DNA of 64,000 bases, taken from contig NIVC01002902.1 in the NCBI GenBank assembly GCA_002269645.1, forward strand, positions 1 to 64,000, given 5' to 3'. Of this stretch, positions 1 to 9,099 are shown one piece after another. The position numbers and the translations under genes are program-made. The stretch comes from Macrostomum lignano (lineage: Eukaryota). Under the pieces are notes generated by a model. The model made no database searches. It had not been told where the DNA came from and saw only the letters and a program-made list of their open reading frames with translations. How positions within the stretch are numbered: the stretch's first letter is position 1; each line of letters opens with the position of its first letter.

Positions 1-61
1 ACACAACATAAGCACAAAAACTCCCACGGGGTCAATAAACAAAAATTACTATCTTAGGAAG

Positions 62-535
62 CTGGCAAGTAGGCAAACTTCACTCAGTGACTAACGCAGG
101 AATTCGGGTTGTATATTTTCATCTACTTTTGCTACACACAGAAGCAATCTCGCAGAGCAATAATATGGTCGGCTATTGTCCAACCACCGTAGCAAAGCAA
201 GTAGGCAAACTTTACTCAATGAGTAACGCAGGAATTCGGGGTTGTATATTTTTTATCTTATACTCTTGCTACACAGAAGCAAGCTCGCACCGCAACAATA
301 TGGTCGGCTATTGTCCGACCAAGATAGCAAAGCAAGTAGGCAACTTCACTCGATGACTAACACAGGAATTCGGGGTTTTATATTTTTCATCTACTCTTGC
401 TACACAGAAGCAAGCTCGCACCGCAACAATATGGTCGCTATTGTCCGACCAAGATAGCAAAGCAAGTAGGCAAACTTCACTCGATGACTAACACAGGAAT
501 TCGGGTTTTATATTTTTTATCTATACTCTTGCTAC
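62..535. repeat. About 132-bp tandem repeat, roughly 3.6 copies, with internal hairpins
   Basis: AAGTAGGCAA recurs at 67, 199, 334 and 464; GAATTC at 100, 232, 366 and 497; hairpin TGGTCGG-CTATTGT-CCGACCA at 301-321. Confidence 0.9.
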
Positions 536-544
536 ATGAGTCAT

Positions 545-645
545 GCATTCCATTCAGACCAAAACGCGAGACCAAAAACGCGAGAAGAAAATTTCGAAAA
601 ATAAAAAAGATAAAAATTGGTCTCGTGTTTGGTCTGAATGGATGC
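545..645. repeat. Imperfect inverted repeat of about 30 bp (stem-loop)
   Basis: 545-575 GCATTCCATTCAGACCAAAACGCGAGACCAA pairs with 617-645 TTGGTCTCGTGTTTGGTCTGAATGGATGC across an A-rich spacer. Confidence 0.8.
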
Positions 646-1112
646 GGGGTCTGACGTTTTGTCATAAAAATATATTAAATGAATGGCCACGAGCGCAAGG
701 TCTAGTAATTTTTCTCTACTAACTTTACCTTCTTACAAATTATCATTCCTACAATGCCTTCTTTCTCGAATTTGCACGAGAGGCTTACTGCCGCTAGAGC
801 AACTCTTAGAATTCGAGAGCGAAATTTGCGACAACACCATAGGAACTCAATGTTTAGAGATATTGCCATCAACATCTTTTTGGAGTATAACCCAAAATTC
901 GGCTAATGAAGAGCGCTTCTTTAATCAGCTAAAGGTTAGTTAAAATGTTTTACATTATAAGGTTTTAGTTTACAAAAATCATATACGAGCGCACCAAACC
1001 TTTCCTAGAACTACTATCTTCAAAAACGTCGCGTTCAAGAAGCAGAGAGGCGCTTGGTTGCTTATCGCCAAGATATGGAGCACCAACTAGCTGATATTCA
1101 ACCAGAGGATAA

Positions 1113-1322
1113 CCCGACTCAAGTACAGAACCATCCAGCTCAGCCGGGAATAATCAAGGGCTTTGTCCAATCTGCCAACACGAACCACGGCCACCAAACG
1201 TTACCATGGCATGTTGTCGAGCTGTAGTTTGTGAAATATGTTATCGCACTGGAATTCAAGAGGGCAACATGGTTAGGTGCCCAACATGCCGCGCTGATAT
1301 AGAACCATCTAATGCGCCATAA
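1113..1322 (+). CDS. RING-finger protein, C-terminal part (upstream part in another frame)
   Basis: My translation, not in the ORF track: LCPICQHEPRPPNVTMACCRAVVCEICYRTGIQEGNMVRCPTCRADIEPSNAP*. The upstream frame (QKRRVQEAERRLVAYRQDMEHQLAD...) joins by a -1 shift at a G run near 1146. Confidence 0.7.
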   Translation, partial: PDSSTEPSSSAGNNQGLCPICQHEPRPPNVTMACCRAVVCEICYRTGIQEGNMVRCPTCRADIEPSNAP

Positions 1323-2100
1323 TTATCAACATGATTTGATATCAAACATTTATTAAGGTAATAATTTAAACAAATATATCACCGCTTTGAGCAGGCCACA
1401 TTTAGCCCAATGGAGTTTGGCCTTTGGTGTCTGAAAGTCTTTCTGTTCCTGTGTTTATTTTTCTGTTTCTAAAAATAGACAAAAATGTGCCCCGTTACAG
1501 ATCCACGCAAGCTAAGAGAGTATACAATAGGTGAGCCCTAGAGTACAATGGAGAGGGTATTTTGATACTAGAAGCACCATTCCAACTTACTAAAAGACAA
1601 TCTACCTCTCATAAGACAGGCAGGTGCAGCCGGAATCGCAAAGACAGTCAATAATAAAAAAGCTGCCAATGAAGTAGGCGCAAAAGTAGCGAAAAATTAA
1701 GAAGACAAAGTATAATGATACACAGAAAATGCTAAAGTTGGATTATCTATAGAAATTTGCCCAAAAGAAAGCAAAAATGTTAAATTTTTCATAGAAAAAT
1801 GGAAGCTAACCCAAATGTACGAAATGCACTGCCACAAAAGTATTATGATTCTATTATAAATTTCTCTCAAATAAAAACACCCACTCGAAAGGCTCGACTA
1901 ATTGAAGAAATTGATAAAGCTTACGATGAATATAAAGCAGAAATATTAAAACACACCGATTGTAAATGCCCCCTATTTGTATTCATTCAGAGTATATCTT
2001 GCACATGTTGATAAATGGGCATTGATTTCAAGACAGCACATAAGGAATGATGAATTTTTCGTCATGCTTAAGTTGAACATTTTCAAACTCCCCATAACCC

Positions 2101-2799
2101 TTGAGAAGTACATTGAAACTGATGAATTATATTGTTAAATTTATTTTAAATAAAATGGAAAGAAAAAATCAAAACGATTCAAGTTTCTCTCCTGTGATCG
2201 TACAGGATCCGCTTCAAAAACATGATGCCCCACCACCAAGATTGACAAATTTAAAACAAACAAAATCGTACGATAAACTAATTAATCTCTATGGAGAACT
2301 TAATTTTAAATTCGGAAGTTGCAGTGTAACATGGAATAGTAAAACAAAGAAAAAAATACCGTCAGGAATGCCAAACAAAGCAGATAGGAATTCAACCTCC
2401 CCACCATTTCGACCAGAGGTAGACAACATGATTTGGATAGATACTAGAAACTCAAATATAACCGTAATCGATATTGATAATGCTGACCTATGCCCTGAGT
2501 TGAATGAACTGTGTATGACTCATTGTGATTGGGTTGTTCAGACAAACAAGGGACACCACTTTTACTTTAACAAAGTAGATGGATTGAAAGTAACGATTCA
2601 ACAAAGTGTGGGTTTTGATATTCCAGCTTTAGTATTTGCTCCACCAGGTTTCTATTATGTGGATGGTGAAATGAAGGAATACAAACGTACAAAGTGCGAG
2701 GGACTTATAGACATGCCAGATGTAATTCTTGATGAGATAAATAGATTAATAAAGCCACGGATAAAAATGAAATCCAAGAACAAGATAAACAGGCACTAA
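2101..2799 (+). CDS. AEP-superfamily primase-polymerase domain (N-terminal part of a primase-helicase)
   Basis: Motifs VIDID (DxD) and QTNKGHHFYF (catalytic His). Likely start is ATG 2155. The downstream helicase frame is open from 2745, so the two ORFs are probably one gene with a -1 indel near 2760. Confidence 0.8.
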   Translation: MRSTLKLMNYIVKFILNKMERKNQNDSSFSPVIVQDPLQKHDAPPPRLTNLKQTKSYDKLINLYGELNFKFGSCSVTWNSKTKKKIPSGMPNKADRNSTSPPFRPEVDNMIWIDTRNSNITVIDIDNADLCPELNELCMTHCDWVVQTNKGHHFYFNKVDGLKVTIQQSVGFDIPALVFAPPGFYYVDGEMKEYKRTKCEGLIDMPDVILDEINRLIKPRIKMKSKNKINRH

Positions 2800-2840
2800 A
2801 AAGCACCGTTCCATCACCCAGTTGTGAAGGAGTTTCAAAG

Positions 2841-4616
2841 TTGTTAAGTATAATACAACACAAAAACCAAGACTATGATTCTTGGTACAAGGTTGCACTT
2901 ATACTCCGCGACATAGACAGTGGTGATGAAATGTACAAAGTATTCACTGATTGGTCAAAAGTAAATTATGATAAGTTCGATTCCGAGGCATGTAAAAATG
3001 TGTGGAATAGCACCAATACCAGCTCTGCTGATGCACAGGACAGACTTACTATCGGTACGTTGAAGAAATGGGCTAGTGAAGAAAATTATTGTAAATATAA
3101 GGAATGGAAAAGCAAATATGATTACTATGGTAGGATTGAGTATCTTGATGATAATTTCACTGACGTTAACATAACCAACTTTGTTTATGAATATAAGAAG
3201 AATAATATAATTTACAATAGCGATGGTATTTACTATTTTGATGATGATAAGTGGAGAGAACTAAGTAGTATAAATGACATATTTCTTAAAATATCAGAAC
3301 TTGTTAGCAGTGAGTTAAACCACCGAAAGACTAGACTCGAAATTGCAATTAAGAAGGCGGCTGATGATAAAGAGAAGTTAAAAGCACTTGAAAAGAAACT
3401 ACAGAGTACAATAAAGAATATAAATTCAATACAAGGAGCCAACAAACTCAAACAGGTAACTACTTTGTTCAAAGAGAGGTTTACTAACAAAGAAATTGAA
3501 TTCGACATGAAATGGAATCTGCTAGGGTTTAACGATGGAGTATACGACCTTCTTACAGGCGAGTTTCGCGAGTATAGATATGACGATTACGTTACTAAAT
3601 CGGTGGGATATAATTACTCGGATGTACTTGGAGTGAGTGATTACCACTATGAGTTCATTGTTAATCTGCATAACCAAATTCATCCCGATCCAGAAAATAG
3701 AAAGAGTTGGGAATCCGTTATAGCTACAGCTCTAATGGGCAAAAATGTTGAAAACTTTATAATGTTTGATGGCGCTGGTGGAAATGGGAAGGGGGTTGAG
3801 GACAACCTACTTCTTAGAACTCTAGGATCTGATTATGCAGCACCACTGAGTCCTGATGTTTTGAATTTACCAATAAGAATAGACAGGCCACAACCAGCCC
3901 TAGCACAAATTAATAAAAAGAGGTTAGTTATCAGTCAAGAAGTAAGTGGTGTCTTGAACAATGCATCAATAAAATTACTAACTGGTGGTGGGGTTATCCA
4001 AGCTAGAAATTTATATTCAAGCCAGTGTAATGTCGTTTTACACGCAACCCTAATAGTCGAATGTAATAACAAGCCTGACTTTAGACAAAATATTGGAGAT
4101 GCAGAGAAGAGAATTATCAATATTAATTACCCGTGCAAATATACAACAGATAACGAAATCATTGATCCTGAGAAACACACTTACAAGGCCGATCCATATT
4201 TGAAAAGTGAGGAGTTTAAGACTAAATATAAGTTTGCTGAGATGAAACACCTACTAGAAATTTTCAAGCAAACAAAGGGTGAAATATATCTATCTCAAAA
4301 TGTAATTGAAAACACTAATGAATTCATACAGAATAGTAATTGGTTTGCTCACTTCTTTGAAGAGAATTATGAATTTTTAGAAACTGAGGAAAAAACATTT
4401 ATGCTTGTTAGAGAAATTTACACTGCGGCAACAGAGAGTGAATACTATAGGACTCTAGCCCAACGTGAGAAACGTGAATTCCAACAACAATACATAACAG
4501 ATTTCTTCAAGAATCACAATGACTATTGTAAGTATTATAAGGATAGATATAGGCGTAGGATAGATGGTAAACAGCAAGAAACTAAAAATGTTCTGTTTTA
4601 CTGTGTAAAAAAATAA
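2841..4616 (+). CDS. PriCT-2 + D5-like SF3 helicase (C-terminal part of the primase-helicase)
   Basis: PriCT-2-like YDSWYKVALIL...FTDWSK...W; D5_N-like LLGFNDGVYDL; Walker A GAGGNGKG; Walker B region LVISQE; motif C IVECN. Confidence 0.92.
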   Translation: MLSIIQHKNQDYDSWYKVALILRDIDSGDEMYKVFTDWSKVNYDKFDSEACKNVWNSTNTSSADAQDRLTIGTLKKWASEENYCKYKEWKSKYDYYGRIEYLDDNFTDVNITNFVYEYKKNNIIYNSDGIYYFDDDKWRELSSINDIFLKISELVSSELNHRKTRLEIAIKKAADDKEKLKALEKKLQSTIKNINSIQGANKLKQVTTLFKERFTNKEIEFDMKWNLLGFNDGVYDLLTGEFREYRYDDYVTKSVGYNYSDVLGVSDYHYEFIVNLHNQIHPDPENRKSWESVIATALMGKNVENFIMFDGAGGNGKGVEDNLLLRTLGSDYAAPLSPDVLNLPIRIDRPQPALAQINKKRLVISQEVSGVLNNASIKLLTGGGVIQARNLYSSQCNVVLHATLIVECNNKPDFRQNIGDAEKRIININYPCKYTTDNEIIDPEKHTYKADPYLKSEEFKTKYKFAEMKHLLEIFKQTKGEIYLSQNVIENTNEFIQNSNWFAHFFEENYEFLETEEKTFMLVREIYTAATESEYYRTLAQREKREFQQQYITDFFKNHNDYCKYYKDRYRRRIDGKQQETKNVLFYCVKK

Positions 4617-4637
4617 ACGAAGATGTTATCAATGCGA

Positions 4638-6973
4638 TTACATTGGCTGATGAGGAATAGATCTGATAGGATCCAAATAATATCTTTTATCATCTAACGG
4701 ACTCATTGTTTGTTTCATAATCTCACGAATATATATTTTATTTTTTCAGATACAGTCATACTTACTCTACCTCTTTGAATATCTTTGTAATCTGTCAATA
4801 GTATGTTTTTAAATGTTTCAAACTTTATATTTGTACTGCTTTTATCAACCCCCTTGATCGTAACACACTCCCCTGAAACTGTAGTGAAAGCATACTCCTT
4901 TGACCGCAGGAATACAGCTTCGGAAATTATTGAGCCATTCATTTCATCTTTCAACTTTCCAATGACTTTCTTGTTCGTCTCGGAGTATAGTGGATGCTCT
5001 CTTGGATAATCCGATGTGTCTAAGTGTTCTTTAATTTTTTCAAGATCCTCATAAACATCCTGAGTAATCACTGAGAATATCAGCGAATCACAATCAGAAT
5101 AGTGCAATTGACAGCTGTTCCAATTCTTCTCAATAACATTGTAATAGCAATCGTACATGAACATTTTTGCATAATCCAGAATAGCCATTCCTAAATAAAT
5201 TGGCTTGTCACACGCAATTGTCTTTTTGTACATTTGGATACCAACCGCATCCTCACTAAACATAATGAAATCTTTGAAATTTGGTTTGGAAAAATAACGC
5301 CTTGCAGTTTTTTCTTCAGCTACAAGATGAAAGTTCGACCTATTCTTTACATTTTCGATTGTTTTACCGTAGAATGAGTTGTTTAGTAGTTTCCACAGGT
5401 CTTTCTCAAATTTAGTTTTTGCTTCCATTCTCCGCCTGGTATTAAATTCGATGTATTTACTCAACCAGTTTGACTCTTTGAATGAAAGAATTCTATAAAC
5501 TCTCGCAACTCGCATGCCCATCTTCTCATAAAACTCAAGTAGTCTGTGATGTAAAACATATTTCTCCTTGTTGTAAAATGTCAACATCAACTTGGATTGA
5601 ACAAACTTTTTCTTTTCGACTTCGAGGTATTGCTTCTGTATGTCAGATAAATCCTCAAACCTAGTTGTTCGTTTCTCAGGAGCCAGTGGATATTTACTTG
5701 TAGCTTTCTTACATTCCTCTGTATATTGAAGGTCAACTTCAAGAAAACAACCCCTGCCATTAGGAATATTCTTGTGATACTCTAGATCATTTTCAAACTT
5801 GAAATCTCCCACAGGTAGATTTTTCATCATTGCTTCACCATATAAATTATTCTTGTCCAAGTATAGCATGTACGACGATTCAGAATTGCTGTCATAACTT
5901 TCTAAATACTTGTTATTCATTTTTTTATATCGATCTCCAAGAACTCCAGAGAAACCGCCGCGAATACCACTTTCTACCATGGATATCATTTCTTTATCAC
6001 CAAGTAATTCCAATTCCACATTAGTATATTTCAACCCACATGCCCACGATAATCCAGAAAGGGAAAAGCAATACGCAGGATCTATCTTGAAATATTTCAA
6101 AAATGTTGATCGAAACTTCTCAAAAGCATTGACAAATGAGTAAATCTTTCTAATTACTGCTGTTGTATCACTGGGTGGCAAATATTTTATTTCTTCTTTA
6201 GAGAGTGTAAATGGTGGTTCCAAAAACCTAGATCCATCTAAAAACACAACACCACTGGTATAATTCCCCAACTTAATTGCAACATGGTCTTCCGATGTTT
6301 TAGAAATAAAATCCAATATATATTTTTTATTATTCATTCGTGTTAATGGAGCTATCAAATAGTTTAGATCTTTTCCAGATTCATTCAGGAGAAACAACGG
6401 TACTGTTTGATTCGCCTTGCCCTCTTTGGTATTACATGATTGACATGCTGCGCCGCGATATTTACCATTGTAGTGATTATGCTCTCGAATTTTTTTACTA
6501 TCTACAAATGGCCTTGAGCAGAGAAAACATTGTTCTGCCGCTTTGTAATCAGTCTCTTCGACATCACTTAATCTTGGATGTTTATATCTATCCATTTCAT
6601 TTTTTATATGCTTAAACTTTTTTATTACGGTTTCAACGAATGATTCCACTGTAGTATTTGAAATAATATTTGATTTTATAATGTCCTCATAGTCGGAACT
6701 AGTAAAAAGTGTCCATTGTGATAGCTCTAGTGATTTATCATCCATCGTTACATAATCTAATATTGCATAAAACACAAATGGTTTTCTTACACTCATGTGG
6801 TAGTTTTTAAACTTTAATATCCTCTTATCAATCTTTGGAACTTCAATTGACACTTTGAAGTCATTACATATTGCTTTATGATTATCCAGTGCATCCTGGG
6901 AGTATTTGACTTGAAGACACTTTCGACAAAGAAAAACCCTGTTGTAATTTTGGGACGTGAGGAATAAACACAA
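4638..6973 (-). CDS. Protein-primed family B DNA polymerase (pPolB2-like) with HNH/endonuclease VII insert, main body and C-terminus
   Basis: Motif A YLDKNNLYGEAM, motif B KLLNNSFYGK, motif C YSDCDS; EndoVII-like CFLC...EHNHYNGKYRGAACQSCN. The ORF stops at 4715, but the conserved tail KQTMSPLDDKRYYLDPIRSIPH continues in the -1 frame to a stop at 4640-4638. Confidence 0.9.
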
Positions 6974-6981
6974 GTCTGTTA

Positions 6982-7713
6982 TTAAACAATAATGATTTTT
7001 GACAAGTACGCTCGTAGTAAATCAATAACATTGGGGTTGTCGTAATCTTCTGTCAGACGAATAGAATATATTGACTCTTTAGTATTTATATCCCTTAATC
7101 CAAACACATTTATATGAAGACTGTTCAACTTTTCAATGTCAGAGATATCTCGAATGTCCACTGGAAATTTAACGTCTCCTAAGTTTATTTCATTTATATA
7201 CTGTGTATACTTCCCAACTCTATATCTATGTTCCTTCACAGGATGGAGCTTTGCTAAAATAGACCAGAGAAAGCACCTATTGTCTTTAGTGTTCTTGACA
7301 TTTACTAATGCGTTTGATTTAATTGGAATTGAAATATAAGTTCCTCCTTTCAACTGATTAATGCCAACAACTTTCAACACAATCTTTACTAACTTAACAA
7401 AATAATATCCCGATCCCCTTTCATTAAAACTATCCTTCCATTCATCAAATTCATCCAGAACATCCCTTATTGTACTTTCAATACTATCTTCAACTTGAAG
7501 CAGATTTAACAAAGTTCGATACTTTGAATGATATTGGAACTCAATCCAACTGTCGGTAGTTCCTTTATAAAATTCTGCGACAAAGGAAATTCTGTATTTT
7601 ATTGAATCTCTAGCCATCAAATGTTTAGAAAGAATTGGGGAGATCAAACCGTGAATTTCTTCAACGGTGTCGAGATCATATTCATAAGAGGCCGCTGGTA
7701 TTTTCCTTTCCAT
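6982..7713 (-). CDS. N-terminal part of the same pPolB
   Basis: ERGSGY...GGTYISIP...NVKNTKDNRCFLWSILAKLHP...FPV...INVFG, typical of this PolB family. Joins the main ORF through KNHYCLITDL by a -1 shift at an A run near 6998. Confidence 0.85.
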   Translation of the reverse strand: MERKIPAASYEYDLDTVEEIHGLISPILSKHLMARDSIKYRISFVAEFYKGTTDSWIEFQYHSKYRTLLNLLQVEDSIESTIRDVLDEFDEWKDSFNERGSGYYFVKLVKIVLKVVGINQLKGGTYISIPIKSNALVNVKNTKDNRCFLWSILAKLHPVKEHRYRVGKYTQYINEINLGDVKFPVDIRDISDIEKLNSLHINVFGLRDINTKESIYSIRLTEDYDNPNVIDLLRAYLSKIIIV

Positions 7714-7738
7714 TTTTAAGAAAAAAAATTAAACAGAC

Positions 7739-8509
7739 TCAAGCATAGGGGGGTGCAGTTGGAGCATTTGATTGAAGATTGAGTGTTGCCGAGTACTCTT
7801 TTGGCTTATCGGCTAGACCCAATTTTTCTCTCAGATCTTTCTCCAGCAGTTCCTTTTTAATTTTTTCCTTCGCTGAATGACCAAGTCTACTCTCTTTGAG
7901 AATTTTATCAACGACTTCCGAATGGTTAACTTCTTCAGGCGCAACACCGGCGTCTAACAATTGATCTCTTTTCTCTCTGTATTCTGAATAAATTGCAGTA
8001 GCTGCTTGAACCTCTTCAAGAGTTAATCTATAATCATCAACTGCTTTTTGGGAGTAAATATATAATCTCTCTCTGTATTTATTGGCCAGATCTCTGAGAA
8101 CAATGTATTTTGCCTTCTGCTTTTGGCAATGAATTTTCACAGTTGCAAACAACGACGTGGATTTTACAGCTTCAAAACCACTCATTGCCCCGATTACTAC
8201 TCCAATAACTAAGGGATTCAATGTCAGTATCGATGTTGCTATGCCAATTCCTGTAGCAGCCAAGAGACTTACATTTCCTGTCACAATGTTGATCCAATTT
8301 ATCCTGCTACTTTGTCGTTTGTACTTTTTTACCTTTTTGCTATAAATTGTAAGATCTTTCGTAATGCATTCAATACTGCCTTTGATTTCACCCTTTCTCT
8401 GATTGAAATAGTCCCGCTCCCTAAAATCTGCTTCATGCAGCTCAACCACAGGATAGATGTGTTCATTTTTATCATTCATTTTTATATGGCGATTATGCCT
8501 AATTGTCAA
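7739..8509 (-). CDS. Viral membrane protein (coiled coil - hydrophobic hairpin - coiled coil) with C-terminal PTAP motif
   Basis: Hydrophobic stretch IVTGNVSLLAATGIGIATSILTLNPLVIGVVIGAMSG; ends NAPTAPPYA*. Likely start is ATG 8479 (MNDKNEHIYP). Confidence 0.75.
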   Translation of the reverse strand: MTIRHNRHIKMNDKNEHIYPVVELHEADFRERDYFNQRKGEIKGSIECITKDLTIYSKKVKKYKRQSSRINWINIVTGNVSLLAATGIGIATSILTLNPLVIGVVIGAMSGFEAVKSTSLFATVKIHCQKQKAKYIVLRDLANKYRERLYIYSQKAVDDYRLTLEEVQAATAIYSEYREKRDQLLDAGVAPEEVNHSEVVDKILKESRLGHSAKEKIKKELLEKDLREKLGLADKPKEYSATLNLQSNAPTAPPYA

Positions 8510-8995
8510 TTATGTCTATACCTGACTGAATATCTAAAGCATTTCCTAGAAATAATGGTTTACTGAAGGCCATTTTATATATATAAAATTTACTATCGTT
8601 GAATTGGATGACACTTTCATATTGTATATACCTGAAATTGCATTAAATTGACCCGTGAATCCAACTTTTCTCATGGTTTTAGAGCTGGAATCGTGAAAAT
8701 TGCACTTTTTTAAAAAAATAGAAAATCACAAAAAATCGCTGTTTTCAGACCATTTTCACCTGTTTTTAGTCATTTTTCAGTTATTTTTAGTGATTTTCAA
8801 AATGAGTGAGGGCATGAGGGCGAGGGCACCCCCCCTTTTTAAAAGTATAAAAATCCGGAAATTCTGTCTTCTGAGAAATATACCACAGGCCAATGCCCCC
8901 CACATGCCCTCACCCTCAACACCCTCAGTCACAGATATATGTATATTTATATATTTTTATATTTATCACACCCCACTTGAACCCATGACCTCCTG

Positions 8996-9099
8996 GTAGT
9001 AGTAGTATGTTATAAGGGGTTGAGTCATCCAGCGAGCTGGCGCGCAATGCGCCCGAGCAATAAGTGTGGCGCAACCCCTTATAACATACTACTACTACT
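8996..9099. repeat. Terminal 27-bp perfect inverted repeat with (AGT)n/(ACT)n ends
   Basis: 8996-9022 GTAGTAGTAGTATGTTATAAGGGGTTG is the exact reverse complement of 9072-9098. Confidence 0.92.

Larger units (their letters stand above)
1..9099. mobile_element. Polinton/Maverick-like endogenous DNA virus, right-hand part (left end outside the window)
   Basis: AT-rich, intronless, densely packed ORFs: primase-helicase, pPolB, membrane protein and RING. Ends in ...ATAACATACTACTACTACT at 9099, which is 5'-AGTAGT on the minus strand, the canonical Polinton terminus. No capsid, integrase or packaging ATPase gene is visible in the window. Confidence 0.8.

Noticed and set aside
62-535. CRISPR-like array
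   Set aside because: The units are about 132-bp full-length tandem repeats with no unique spacers, there are no cas genes, and the context is eukaryotic.
2745-2800. Programmed -1 ribosomal frameshift between primase and helicase (also at PolB 6998 and 4740)
   Set aside because: No canonical X XXY YYZ slippery heptamer in frame; the same one-base deficit recurs in unrelated elements, which favours error or mutation.
4646-4680. Hammerhead ribozyme core (CTGATGAG)
   Set aside because: No GAAA after stem II, and the segment is the antisense of the PolB C-terminus.
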